This document shows, piece by piece, positions 44,760 to 58,800 of a stretch of DNA of 64,000 bases. Below the pieces are notes generated by a model. That model was given only the letters and a program-made list of their open reading frames with translations. It did no database searches and had not been told where the DNA came from. The translations under genes were made by a program, and so were the position numbers. Source of the stretch: Microbotryum violaceum (Eukaryota); NCBI GenBank assembly GCA_001244265.2, contig CDLV01000014.1, forward strand, positions 744,001 to 808,000. The letters run 5' to 3'. Numbering within the stretch: the first letter of the stretch is position 1; every line of letters begins with the position of its first letter.

Positions 44760-46000
44760 CGCGTTTGGAGCCGGTCGGGTCGTTTCAGTCGGCGCGAACG
44801 GTGGTGTGCCGACCCCGCGAGGAGCGATGAAACACCAGGTCGAGCAGCGATGGATGGCCTTCTTAGACTCTGGGAATAACCTCGAATACGTCAGCTGTCG
44901 CGGATCAGGCTGCTGTGTGCTCGGAATGGCGGCGTGCGCTGTCCACTCTTCGGTCTCGGACCTAGTCGACGGCTCCGGCTTTTGTGTTTTGACGCCGCGG
45001 ATCGACCCCAAGTGCAATGCACTTTTGGCGAGCGTGTCAATGGCCACTCTGGTATTCCGGAGCCGATCGTCGCTGTACGAACTCCTCGTGGCGCCTGCGT
45101 CGTCCGACACGGGTGACTCTGAACCGGACCGAGGAGGTCGCCTGACCGTCGCACGTGAAGCGCGTGAAGCAGCAGCCAGAGTCTACGCTGGACCTACCCC
45201 GTGTCCTCTTCCCCACAAGCCAAGGTCGGTCTCTGCTCCCTAGAGCTAATGAAATGAGCGCCCGGCCTTTCGAAAGCTGCGGAACGATCGTGCTTCTGTT
45301 CCGAGTCGAGCGACGGCGGGGTCGTGCTCGGTGCTCGTGCACTCGTGCTTGCTGTTTGCTACCTGCTGCGCGTCGGGTCCCGTGTCGCGGTGAGACCAGC
45401 GCGTCGGGCCGTTGGCGTTGGCGTCGGCGTCGGCGTGGGCGTGGGCGTGGGCGTGGGTGGGCGAAGTATGCCCGAGCCAAGCAGTGCAGCCTGTGGCGTC
45501 AACGCTCAAGCTCACAGCGCAGTGGCGATATGGCGTCCTGGGTTCGTGTGATCGAGCTCCCGAGGTCCAAAATAGGCGTGTAGGAGAAGCGCAGTGGACA
45601 ACTATGGAGGGCAGTGGTAAGGGAATGGTCTGCAGCCCTTAGTATGAGAGAGTATGAGTAGCCTCTGACTATTAGCTAACACTTGGTATTAGGCTAGCAG
45701 TCAAAATAACGACAGCTTGTAGGCGCGCGCGCGAGCCCCCGCGAGGCCCCCGCGGCGAGGGCCTGAGATGCTTATTTTATGGAGGTATTTTGTCATGCAA
45801 TCTTCCAAGTGGATGTAAATATCAGAGCTGCATACTTTACAGAAGTGATTATCCCCGCCTCTCATGGTCCGTACTGCTCTCACCCATATCCCCAACCAAA
45901 TGCAACCAACTCCCCAAGAGTAGATATAAACTCGCTCTCAAATTTCGAAAAGCAAAACAACACCTAGACCTATAGAGTTGGCCGTTCAGAAAACTGAATT

Positions 46001-49000
46001 CTACAACCTCAATCCTTCTGTAGCCTGTCCAGGTCGACCTCCACGGATCATCACCCCCCTCCCACGACTAGATCTCGTCCCCGCCGCATTGCTCGTAGCA
46101 CTCAAAGGCTTACTAGGATCGAACAACTCCGTCGACCGAGGGGGTGGTCGTCGCATCTCGTTGTTCGGGAGACATGAGCTCGGGGCAGCGATGGGAAAGG
46201 AAGACCCTCCGATGCCGGGTAAGATGCCTCCTCGATGCTCAGGGTAGTAGGGGTAACCTGGACCATCTGTGTAGGGTGGTGTGGATCCATGGGGGTATGT
46301 AGAGTACCACTCGGGGGTTTGATACCCGTTCAATGCCGCTGCGTAGGCCTGAGGAGGCCCCACGTTCGGTGGGGGAGGGCGGAACGAGGCTGGATGGACA
46401 TGCGGTGGCGCGGTCGTGTAGGCTGCGTTGGGACCGGCTCGCATTATCGCAGGTGGCTGAGCCGAAGGAGCCAAGTCGGTCGAACTAGATTGCGAAGGCG
46501 TATCGGGCGAAGCGCGATGCCCGCCGTTCGAATTCGACGGCCATTCAGGCTTGACGGGCAGGCTTGGGTGCAAAATCTTCAAGTTCGATGCCGACAAAGC
46601 GTCCGAAGGCGTGTCGACCACTTCACCCGGTTGTTCCTTGCCTTTACCCTTGACCGTTCCTTCTCGAAGAAGCGTCTTTGTAGCCTTCCCGTTGCCGCTG
46701 CTACAGCTCTCGACCGATGCCGCAGAACTGTGAGGCCTTGCATTGAGCGACTGCACGCTCGCCGGACTAGCCATCCGTTCGCCGTTTCGGGAAGCAACGT
46801 TCGATCTTGTCGTTTCGGGAGGTCGAGTCGCCGCTGAGCCTTGGCCAGTCGAGTTCAGAGATGCCTGGGAACTCTTGGTACTCGCACTCTTGAGCGAGGA
46901 CCCATGGTAGGGTACGATCCCTCCTTCGGGGAACCGCATCAGATAACCGCCGTCGTGCCCCGGTCGCTGGTTTGAGCCTCCGGTAGTCAATTTGTTGTTC
47001 AAACCCATCGACTGGTATGAGCTGCCCGAGCTGGTGGACAGCGAAGGTGAAGGTAGAGCATGCGGCGGTCGGGGCGTCGCCCAAGCTGATGCTGCCGAAC
47101 CACTTCTATAGGCTTCAGGTGGTGGAAGTGTTGCGAAGGTGGGATGAGGGTACGGCGCATGATTCGGATGAGGGAGTGGTGGAGGAGGAGGAGAGTGGAC
47201 GTAGGGATTCATCGAGGGACTGGACGTGTGGCTAGGAGGTTGGTTGTGAACTTGATTTGGCGGCGCCAGACCAGCCGATGCGCCGGGACCACCACCGTAG
47301 TAGTATGGCTGCTGGTATGGGTCATGTTCGTATCCCTGTGAATTCCATCCAAGGCTAGGGTCGAAACTCGGAGCCGAAGGTCTCAGCGAAGGGGCCCAAC
47401 TTGAGCGAGACAGCAGAGAGGAGGATGACGAGGACGACGAAGGGATTGGGTAGAACATCGACGCAGAGGAGGCAGGGCCCGGATAGTACCCGGAGTGGTA
47501 GCTCGACGTCGTCGACTCGGCCCGGCTGCCCGAGATCGAAGCAGCAGCACTGCCTCGAGAGTACGTTGATCCAGCCGAGCTCGGCCGCGCCAGACCTGGC
47601 GGCGCGTCTACGACGATCGAGGCGGGTTGTGTCGACGTCGAGGCTGCAGGTTTGATTTCGGCTTGTTGGGCAAAGATGCGCTCACGAGCTTCCCGGTACG
47701 CAGCCTCCCGTTCCTCCAGTGTGAGTTCCCTACGAGCTTTCCCGCGGCCAGTTGAGTCATCGTCTGCCGCTGCCGGTGACGAGGCCGTCGATCCAGCTTT
47801 GTGCGCCGACCGAGGCAAGATCTTGAACACCTGAGGCTGAGCAGGCGACGGTGCAACATTCGAAGATGATGACGAAGGAGAGCCTGGTCGAACGGGGGAC
47901 TCGGAATCACTGGAATGACGAGCGGTCGATGTCGAGCTCTCGTTCGATAATACGATTGCTTGGACCAAAGCAGGGGCTATGGAACTGGTCGCTGTCGTCG
48001 AAGGCGGGGCTATGATAGACGCCAGTTTGCAGGTGGGCCTTTGAGGAATGGTGCTCGTTAGATCTTCTTGTCTTCAAACTCGATCTGCAGCGCTATGAGC
48101 TTGACTGGGCTTACAGTTTGGTCGCAGGGCCTTTAACAAGCACGACGATTCCTGGTACTGGGGCCCCAGGAGGACCCCAGTTCTGCTGCGGGGCGGCTTC
48201 GACTTGACGGGTAATGCCGAATATGTCCGCGAGGCGGTGAATGAGCAATCGCTGATACGAGTTGAGGTTGGGTTGAAAGTGAGGAGGCGAGAGCGGGAGT
48301 CGACTTGCGCTATGATGAAAGTCATTTTAAAAAAGCTGTTAGCTCCATAGCCTTGATTCGCACCAAGATGCAACAAAGCACTGGCATTCTCGGAAAGAAC
48401 ACTCACGAAGGATGCAAGACGAATCGCTCCATTTCGACCTCTGCTCGCAGGAGGAGGATACGGTCCCGCGGGTACTGTAACGCCGAGAGCAGGACGTGGT
48501 CCAGGAGGGGAGCTCCTTCGTCAGACGTCGGATCTGCATCTTCCGCGGTGATAGTGGGCTCGCGTGTTCTCGAATCGAGTGGTGGGGCCGAAGATGTTGC
48601 CGGATCTGAGGGGTCGAGCTCAGAGGTGGACGAGGTCGCTGACGGAGTCCTCGGTCGTTCGGGGCCGCCGTCGCTCGAGCCGTCTGCGTCTAGATACCCG
48701 TCCTCCGAAGCGGGTCTGGAGTTGATCTTGCTATTCGTAGACAGTGGCTGCGCCTCCATCTGAGACGACATCCTCTGCGACGGTGTTGTTAGCCGGTTCG
48801 AAGCTGACTGACCTTCGCCAAGGGCTTGAGCCTGGACAACATCGGCGGTCGACCTCGAAGTGGAAGATGAAGGACTCGAGACGCCTGTCCGTGTCATCCC
48901 TGACGGCTCATTCAAAGCAGTTGAATGTTGCTCGGCTTGTTCTGCCTTGATCGGTCGCTGTAGAAGTGTGATCTTGCCAGGAGCAGGCTGCGAAGGGGCG

Positions 49001-49166
49001 ACGTCGACGGTGGAGGCTGCGGAGTGACCCGCTGTACCCTCGTGTACAGCTCGAGCACTGGTGTGGCCAGTGGCACTTGTGCTTGACTGTATTTCGGTCG
49101 GTTTTTCGTTGCGTACCGACGAGGAAGAGGGGTGCGGTGCAGCAGACGAGGACGGGAATGCCGGGG

Positions 49167-49205
<39 letters not shown>

Positions 49206-49248
49206 CGTCCGCCAAACGGGGCGGGGGCGGGGCGTTCACCGCTTCCAT
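46001..49248 (-). CDS. R3H + SUZ domain RNA-binding protein
   Basis: PRDRILLLRAEVEMERF, NSYQRLLIHRLADIFGI (R3H), LTLEEREAAYREARERIF (SUZ), PPPRSTELFDP. Confidence 0.85.
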
Positions 49249-50229
49249 CTTGGAGACCTCCGACCTTCAGATCGGTAGCTATGTTCTTGTAGCGGGCTGC
49301 ACCTCGAAATACCTCGGTTTGTGCCTTGTCAAGTCGGCGCAGATAGAGGGACGGGCAGTTGAGGCTACGCGTGAGAGGAGGAGCGGACGCGACCCAGAGG
49401 CAGGGGACTGCACACTGCAGTTGCAGAGACGTGGTCTCACGAAGTTTTGGTGTGGTCGGTGGTAGGGGCGCGAGTTCCGAGGAGGCGAAAAGAACAAACC
49501 GGCCCTGTCTGTGAGCTGTGCTCGACAGAAGCTATCTAGCGATGAGGCGGTTCCCGTCGACGATGGGTGAGCGAGTAGTGGCCGTGCGAAAGAAAGGGCG
49601 CGTCACTCGAGAAAGGGAACGCCATCAGCCGCATCTAGTGTCTGATCCTGTCTGATCCTGCCTGAGCGCGGCGGGGATATCGTCCGAGTCGGCACGTTCA
49701 ATCCTTTATCAAGAGTGCAGGACCTTCGCAACTGCCATGTCCCAAGCAACTCGCAGAAAAAAAATCCCACAAAAGCTACGAAATAATCATCGCCGATCGC
49801 GACCGTGCACAATATTCGTGAAAGCGTGCCAGACCCGAATCACGACTCGGATGCATGATGATCCTCGGGCATGCGTGCAGATTCCTCGGGTAGACGGGTA
49901 GAAAGGATGACCGCATGTGATTCGTAATCAACCATGCGGACCTAGTAACCATGGTCTGATGAAGATGATGGTCATCAGCGCTCCGATTTGGCCTCTCGGT
50001 CCGGCCCGGGGCAGCGTCCCCGGACCGTCGGAATTCGGGCAGTCAGATATTGCCCGCGCTCACAGGGCGTCACGCTGCAAGCTTGGGGCACTAATACAAA
50101 ACTGAAACGGCGAAGCTACAGGAAAACTTGAGGCCACAGTCCCTTTTACACCGAGGAAAAAGTTTCAACCAGACACATACACATAGGTGATTCCCAACTG
50201 GTAGCACACACAAATCCAATGGGCTCCTT

Positions 50230-53200
50230 TCACTCATCAATCGCTCCGCCTCCCGTACGAGTGATGACCTGCCCTTGCCCCGATCCACGTAGCTTGACGC
50301 TACCTTCCTTCTCCAAGTCCTTGATCACCTCGGTCAGCTCGCCATCATCGATCGCCATCGACGACTGGTCGTTCAACGTCTTCTTCAAATCCGTCCTCCT
50401 GACTCCTGAAGGCTTGGCATTGATCAAAGCGATCACCTCTCGTCGGAGCGCGCCTTGCAAAGAGCGTTGCCTCGAGGATTGTCCAGCGAGCAAGTCCAAG
50501 TCGATCAAACCCGTGACAGGGTCGGTCGCCGAGTCCTTCAGAGCCTCGCGGATCAATCGGTTCGCTTCGTTGACGTCCTCGAGCTCGACGTGCAACGAGT
50601 AGCGCATCCTCGCGTGCGCCTCGGAGAGACGGATCATCGACTCGAGTTGACGCGTCGTAGCGGTGATGCGACGTTCGTTCGATCGACCATCGCCACCGAC
50701 GTTGCGCATCGCTACATACGCGTTGACGAGCGCCGTCGACGCATCTTCTGTCAGCACGGGATGGACGTGGTTGCGTGCCCAAGAGATGTAGGCCGACAGA
50801 TCCTCCACTTTCATTATGTCGTTGCCGCCCGTCGCGGGTCGATCCTCGAGGTAGAGGGAAACGAGATGGCTCGCAAGACGTCGATCGTTGGCCTCGTCGA
50901 CGCGATCGAGCACAAGGTATAGCAAGTCGAAACGTGAGATCAAAGTCGGGGGAAGATCGATGTTGCGCGTGATAGGCCACGCGAGGTTGTACTTTGATCC
51001 GACGGGGTTGGCCGCGGCGAGAATCGAAGTACGGGCGTTCAGGGTGGTGATGATACCGGCTTTAGCGATGGAGACCGTCTGCTGTTCCATCACTTCGTGC
51101 AACACGCTGCGGGTCGCGTCGGACATCTTGTCAAACTCGTCGATGCAGCACACACCACCGTCAGAGAGCACGAGGGCACCACTGTGGCGTTCAAGGGCCA
51201 AGGTTGGGTCAGTCAAAGGCTCCGAAAAGAGACTGTGCAGAGAAACATACCTTTCGAGAACGAGCTGCTTCGAATCGGGGTCGCGAGTCACGTAGGCCGT
51301 CAGACCGACGGCGGACGAGCCTTTACCCGAGGTGTAGACGCCTCGAGGAGCAATCTTGTGGACGTATTGCAAGATCTGCGACTTGGAGGTACCGGGATCA
51401 CCGACGAGTAGCACGTTGATGTCACCCCTGTAGCGCGGCCCTCCACCTCCGCCGCCCTTGGCGATGCTCTTGTTGGTACCACCGAACAGCTGCAAAAGGA
51501 TGCCCTTCTTGACGTCGTCCATCTCCCAAATCGAAGGTGCAAGACTGCGCGAGAGGTATTCGTAAATGTCGGGGCGACGCGAGATCTCGACCATGCGTTC
51601 CTTGAGTTTGGCTTGGGCGCTCGCCTCGCGATCCTCAAGCAGACCGCCGTCGGCATCCATCTCATCTTCGTCCTCCTCGTTCTGCCCATCCTCGTCTTCA
51701 CCTCCCACACCAATGGCTCCACGGCGATCGTCGGCGGAGCGCGTCGAGCCATCAACGCCCATGCGCTTCTTGTCCGTCTTCTTGACGTGCACGACATCGA
51801 GGTACGTCTTGAACAAGGACTTGATGATGCGTTGGCGAGGGTTGATGCGCACCGGAACCGAACGGAAGATCCCTGTCAGGGAAATGCGATCACCGGGCTT
51901 GACAATATCGACCAACTCGTCGTAGAGGCACAACGAGACGGTGTGGGGCGTCTGACCGTCGGGGACCGCGTCGGGCGTCTCTTGCAAGCGCACAATCTGA
52001 CGATCGGCGAACTCGCAGCGATTGTGAATCAAGCTCATTGACCCTTGGAGAGCGCACACTTCGCGAGGGCACTTGTCGGGCTCAGCGATCTGACCTCGAT
52101 CGAGCTCAACCGAGACCGTGTGGGAGCAAGCATCGCAACGGAAGAAGGCTGCGTTGTTCAGAATAGGGGTTAGAACAGGCTAGTATCACCGACCGGAAGG
52201 CGAAAGAACTCACCGAGCTTCATGTCGGGGATGACGGGTGTCGCACGGATCACGAGACCCTTGACGCAAACGATCTTGTCGATGTCTTGAGGGTTCAATT
52301 CGCGCATATTAACCTTGCGCGTCCCACCAAAGGGTCGAACCTTGAACACCGCAGCTTCCATCGCCTCGGCTCGGAGCGTGTTCTCGGCTCGCTGCGATGC
52401 GCCGCCCAGGTGGTCCCAGGCCCAATCGAGCGCACAGTCCTTCAGGACCTGATCGAGGATGGGGATGATCTCTTGTGGGTAGTCCTGCAAGTTGCGGTAC
52501 AACTCGGCAAAGTCGCGATCGCGGCGCGGCAAGCGTGCTCGCTCCCTTCCTTCTCGCTCGGCGTGACGGAATGCGAGCAGGTCGAGCACGTCGAGGTTAA
52601 GGTTCGTCTGGCCCGTCTCACGCATGCGCTCCAAGTAGTACTGGTACATCCTCTTCTCGGGTTGCTCTTTGGTGTAAGCGAACTCGATCGATCCTCGATC
52701 GCTCTCATCGGCTTCCTCGAAGCGTTTCTGATCGTACTCTTGACGGTCGCCGGCGGTGAAGGACTCGAGAAACCACTTGAACGAGGCCATCGACGACACA
52801 ATCGTGACACGGGTACCCCAGACGACGGTGACGGCTTCGTCCGCATCGTCTTGCTCGTCGCCATCCTCGCCCATGCCATTAGCGGTTGACGAGGGGGCTC
52901 CCCCACCGTCGTCCCCACCCCCGACTCCGAAACGAGAGCGCTGCGAGGCAGCCGAAGAAGTGGGAATGTCTAGACCACTACCGGGCTGGGAAGGACCTGC
53001 GCCACGTCGGTTCGACGGGGTCGGAGGCAAACCCGAGTGGATGTCACCTCGTCTGTTGCGCCGAGGCGTGGGAGAGCCAACGTCAGACCTGTGCCGAGAC
53101 GATCAAGAGGAGACAACAAATGCGGAGAAGGTAAGCAGGCATACTTTCCCGGCTGTTTCCACGACCACGAGCTTGAGGACTGACCCAGGGAAGAAGAGGG

Positions 53201-53685
53201 GGCTTCCGTCGCGACCATTGCCGCCGACGCGTCCGGGATCCGACGAGAGGCCGCTCGACGCGAAGGCACCTCGGGCAACACCTCGACCGCCCGAAGCTTG
53301 GGATGCGCTCGAGGTGGGGAACCGCATGGGACTCGAGGATCCTGCGGCTGGATCCGGGGCAAGAGCAGCGTGGATGGGGGTTCGGATGGTCATCGTGGTG
53401 GGCGATTTTGGTAGACGCGCCGGATAAAGGGGACGGGGGCAAGACGCGTCGTGAGGCACAAATGAAGGTCGCGTCAGTCGGCGTCACGGCACGCAGAGGT
53501 GAAGCCAGAGCACGGTTCTCACCCATTTTCCGGCCACCATGCTGCAATGCGCCTACTCGAGCGGGCATGGGATCGTGGGATGAGCTGGGATGGCCTGCAG
53601 AGGAGCTCGCCGGAAAGTGCAGAGGACTCGAGACCGCGCCGGCGCCAGAAGCGTCGACGTCCATCTCGTCGTGTTGACTCGACAT
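50230..53685 (-). CDS. MCM4: DNA replication licensing factor MCM4
   Basis: VVWGT, MRELNPQDIDKIV..KGLVIR.TPVIPDM, GDPGTSKSQ, CCIDEFDKM, SRFD, ATTRQLESMIRLSEAHA. Confidence 0.96.
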
Positions 53686-54528
53686 GGCACGTATGGATCA
53701 GATGAGACTCTTCAGTAGCGTAGTGGTGGACGGTCAAGAACACTCGGGATCTCAAGCGATTATGACAGCACGGCAAGAATCTGAATGCCGTCGAGCGCGT
53801 GTAGGACGCGCGCCTCCCCTCACCGCTGCACGCGTTCGCAGGCGTCCGCACTTGTCCGCAGGCTCGAGGGGTTGGGCCTTGGAACAGTTGGGCGCTTGAG
53901 GTGCTTGACCGCGCCGAGCGGCCCGAGCTGCGTGGAGGGAGCGGCCGATCGGTCACTGTCCTCTTGCACCGCTTCCAAGCTCCTGCTCGGTCTTCAGACA
54001 CACCGTTACACCGCTAGGCCTCAGGGGTATCACCAAGTCTCGATCCTCGAGCACCAATTATCACCGAGTCCTTTAATTCAGTCACTTACCGCCCAGCCAG
54101 CCCCTTCGGGACTGTCCCACTGGACTGCACTGTAGCTGCCCGTTCCAGGTCGTGGCACCTCGTGCTCGCAACCGCGGGCACGATCGTTGCCGACTCGCGA
54201 AGGAGTGGCAGCCCCTAGATTAGACCTGTGAGTCAATGCGCCGCCGCCAATCCAGAGCATAGATACAGGTCCCGGTGGCTGCAAGCTCCTTGTGGCCCTT
54301 CCCGCAACCATCTGCACTATCACGTGATGGCGAGGCGAGGCTTAAAGCTGGGAGCTGGGAGCTGGGTGCTGGGTGCTGGAAGCTGGAAGCTCCACCCGGG
54401 AAGTTCGAGTCGCACGTGAAGCTGACTTCAGCTCATGGCATCGTGCTCAGTGATTCGACCAGAGGAGGTCGCGTCCGATAAAGTACGTCCAGTTTCAAGA
54501 CCTCGATAGACTCATTGGGTCGACGGCG

Positions 54529-57500
54529 ATGGACGTCGAGTCGTCGTCACCGGAGTCGGCAACCACGGACGATCTGAGTCGACCTCAGTTGCAGGCCCAG
54601 GCCCGAGCCCCGTCTCGCTCGTCGTTCCCATCATCGGGACCGTTCGGCACCTTACAGCCCACGCCTCTGTGTCATTTGCGTGGTGACGCAATGGTCCAAG
54701 CCGAACCTGTCAGGATTCATGCTCAAAGACCGTCTGGCTCGGCCGAGATGATTACCTCCTCTTCCCCGGGATGCAAATCCGGCTCACCTTCGAGTTATTC
54801 CCCTCCGAGCTCACCGTCGTACCGTCGTTTTGGCTCCGCGCTGCGCCACGCGGTCGAGTCGAGAGCGTTTAATGATCTCTTGGATACATCCTCCATCGGT
54901 CAAACGATCAACTCGCCTCTGATCGGCGTCCTCCCACATACGCCGCTCACACGCATCGAGACTGCGCAGTCGTACGAGGGAGGGGCCGTGCTGTCGAGAC
55001 CAGCCACGGCGCCAGCTGGCGGTCAAGACGACACAACACATGGTGTCGCCTTTGCTTCTTCTTCGTGCTCCGAGGTTCCCCCACAACAAGCCGCAGGGGA
55101 ATCGTCCTCCAGATATTTGCACGACTTCCCCTTACCCGGCGGTAATTCGCTCAAGAGCCGCAAGTGTCGCAACCCAGCTACGCCGAGCGGTTCATCATCC
55201 CCTTCAGGATCCCGAGAATTGAGAGGTCGGTCGCATTCCTCGGCGCAGGCGTCTGCAAGATATGTACCGCTTCTGAGACCGCCGCCTTTGCGACCACATG
55301 CCTCGATGTCGCCCACACCCTCGATGCAGTCGTTGCAGAACCATATGTACACGTATGGCCTGCTCAATGGCACGCTTTCAGATCTCCACTTGGTCGCGTT
55401 TGGTCACCACTATCGCTTGCACCGCATCGTTCTTGCTGGCCAATCTGGATTCTTCACTTCCTTGCTCTCGGGCGGGTTTTCCGAGGAACGACATGGCGCC
55501 GATCGAGGCTCGGACAGCGAGGTCATCGCCGTCGAGATGGATCGACCGCTTAGCCGTGCCGCGTTCGAGTTCGTCCTCGCTCGTCTGTACGGTGGGGGTC
55601 CAGAGCTGGTGCCGCCACCTTGGGCAAAGACTTCAGCCAAGAAGCCTCTGAGTGAGACATGGGAACGCTTGGTCCTCATCGCGACGGGTAGGATGGACAT
55701 CGACCCCCAAACTAGCCTTGATCGTGACTATCTCCTAGACCTCTCGGGTGGTGCAGCCGAAACTGATTCAGAGTGGTCGACCATCATGGCCCCGACGTGC
55801 CAGCCAGCGACACCGACCTTTCTTCTCAGCCTGCTGGCCACTGCGACTTATCTCGAGATACCCGCGCTCCAGTCACTTGCGTTGCATTGGATCCAGAAGA
55901 CGATCACGCCGTGGACTGTGGCTCAGTACCTTGGCTTCGCATTGGGACGAGGACTAGGCAGCGGTTCACTTTCGCCCGAGCTCGACGCTCCTTGTCGTGG
56001 CCTCGAATCAGTCGGAGCGCCCTACAAACTCGATGATACATCGCTATCTCCCATGACTGAAACCGAGTATTCCTCCACGAGGTCTTCACGTGCGTCTTCG
56101 ATCTCGAGCCACCTTCAGGATAAAGAGACCGCGTGTTCCGGTGACGCCGTCTCGATGTTTGTTGGCCCCGAGGGCGAACGTATCGGCGAAGCGTGTGCAT
56201 GCTGGCTTGCGAAATGGGGAGCCGAGACCCTTACGACGGAGGAATGGCTCGCTGCACGGGTCGTCGAAATGGACTCGAAAGCTGGCGCAATCATGGATCG
56301 GGAGGATGTCTTGTCGCTACGGTGCAAGATAGTCGAGCCGTTCTTCTACGACGAGAAACGACCTGCTTGCTTCGAAACCTACCCCGAGCTCGCACCGCCA
56401 AGTTTGGCCATCTGGTCGTCGATCGGTGGCATTGATGCGAGATGGGTGCGAGGCGTCATTTCGAGCGACGCATTCTTCATTGCAAACACCATCAGCAGCG
56501 CGACGACCAAGCTTACGGGCGACTTCGCTCCGGAGGGGCTCGAGTCGGATGGCGAATTCCAACGTTATCTTTTTGCGAAACGTGTGATTGAAATGCGCAG
56601 GGGCGAAAAACTTGACGCGTTAAATCGTTCGAATCGATCGCGTCTTGGCGCCTCGGGCCACGGACGGAACTCGAAGTGGGATGGGTTGGCTGATGGAATT
56701 TCGGAGAGACTCGGTTTGCTCGATCTGCAGCAGTCCGTTGTCGATCACTCATCTTTCAATGAGGATCAGACCTACGCGATGGCGACCACTGGCGACGGCC
56801 CGACCACTGACGCCAAGTGTCCCGGCGAAGGGCCGAGCATTGGTGTCTCCTCTTCATCGCAAGCCGCTGCTTCATCGGCGCGCATAGATCTGAGCTCTGT
56901 CGATGAGCTGGAGTACGCTCTACTCTTCCAAGATGGCATTCATTACTATCACATGGTAAGTGCATGGTCGGAGCTCTAGATTGACCCTCCGAAGCATAGC
57001 TGATGGCTCGTTCCCTCGGCTATTTCGCACAGACCTACCGACAGCTCAACCTGATCTCCGACGACTATTCGATGACGTCACATGTGTTGTTCGCCCCTAT
57101 CGAGGTCGTTCAGCGCGCGCATTGGCAAATTGAGCAGTTCAAGAGTCGTCTGCCACTCGTGCATACGCCGCGCTCGGGGCAAGCGCTTGAGATGGCCGGC
57201 CTGCTATCTTCGTCTCGAGTAGGAGGGGGTGTCCCCGTCGGAAGGATGCCCTTGCCAGGCGAGTTGGTTACTTTGGATGGACTGGTCGACATCGGATTTG
57301 CTACGCCGGTCAATCCTCATCTCGACGTCAACATGCCTGCTTTGGGCTTGCAACCTTTCTACCGCATCCCGATCGATGACACGAGCAGGATCAACGATCG
57401 TGCTCCCCATCCCGATTCGACGCCATCGGCGCTCGGCTTAGGCGCACCATCACCCATCCCGCCTCGCAAACCGAGCTCTCCTCTTTCTTACGGCCCAGAC

Positions 57501-58249
57501 GGCTTTTTCGGACTTGCGAGAGAGCAGCGCCTTGGTACCCGTGGTGGACCCCATCGCGGCGTTCTTCCAGGCTTGTCGCTGGATCTATCCTCCGAGTGGG
57601 TCGAATACCCCCCTCTCCGACTGAGTGCAGAATTTTGGGGGGTCACGGCGTTACGCGACAACGCCCGACTGTACTCGAACACATTCTTCTACGCGGGATC
57701 ATTCTACAATCTCTATCTGCAACGACTTCAACGGAAGGGCGGTAACCAACTGGGCATCTACCTCCACCGACAGAACTCGATCGAGCATTTCCCCACTCCT
57801 TCGACGCCTCCGACGCGCCTCGCCCACGGACCGCCCTACAGCGAGGCGAGTGCGAGTAGGTCTGCGAGCTATTCGACGGCAATCCTTGCGCCCTACACGG
57901 ACCAAAGAAAACAAGTGCGCGCATTTTTCAGCATTTGGGTGCCCACGCAGTTGGGCTCATCAATGACCAAGTTCAGTTCAGGCCCGGATTCTTTCGCGCT
58001 TTCGCAATCCTGGGGTGTAAGTGACGCACTTTAGTCCTCGGCTTCAAACTCTTTCTAGAGACTCTCAGCACATCACACTGACGTTGTGGCTTTTGGTGCG
58101 AATAATGATTGACGTGCTGTTAGTGGAAATCGACGTCGCTCTCCTCGGAATACCTCGGCGCGACCCCTATCGAAGCGTCACAGACCGAAGTCGCGAAGGC
58201 GGGGCCGTATTCGAGCTTGCGGGTTACGATCATCATGGGATTGGTCTGA
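54529..58249 (+). CDS. BTB/POZ domain protein (fungal type), 3 exons
   Basis: SDLHLVAFGHHYRLHRIVL..QSGFF..L; C-terminal YPPLRLSAEFW...FYAGS...QSWG|WKS...SLRVTIIMGLV*. Confidence 0.85.
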
Positions 58250-58800
58250 TCAGCTCATTCAGACTTCTGAAACACATGTCTTTCCCCTCTTTTCGTGCGT
58301 CCCTCTTCTATCTTAGCGCGTCTAGACTCGGCTATGATATTACCGCTTTCCTTTGTCCCCGCTGTTGCTCCTTGTAGTGTTGTTATATCATGTCTGATCA
58401 TGCAGTCTCCTCTCGGACCATGTTGTTGTAGTCTAGATCGCTTCCTCGCATCGCATGACCTTGAACACCGGCAGCATGTCGACGTGGTTCGACAAATCGA
58501 CGAAGCTCCTTGGCCTTTTTCAGGAGTCACGGTGGACATCTGCCTGAAAACCCGCGCTCAGCCCTTTGACTGTCCGGCGCTCCTATCCAGCTCGGCCGGC
58601 CACTCCTCTAAATACAGACAAGCTCCCCCCAAAATAGTGGGACATCATTCTCTCCGCGAAGTACGCTAAACTAGAGCGAGTCTGGCGTTTTTGAGCCCTG
58701 TTCGGACTTTTTTGACTGTGCATATCTTCCCGCCTTCGTCGCGTTGGCGGCACCGTTCTTATCATCAGCCATCCTTCTTCTATCACACCCATCAAGGAAA

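Noticed and set aside
58124..58249. Frameshift in last exon of the BTB gene
   Set aside because: On recount the frame is open to GLV* at 58249.
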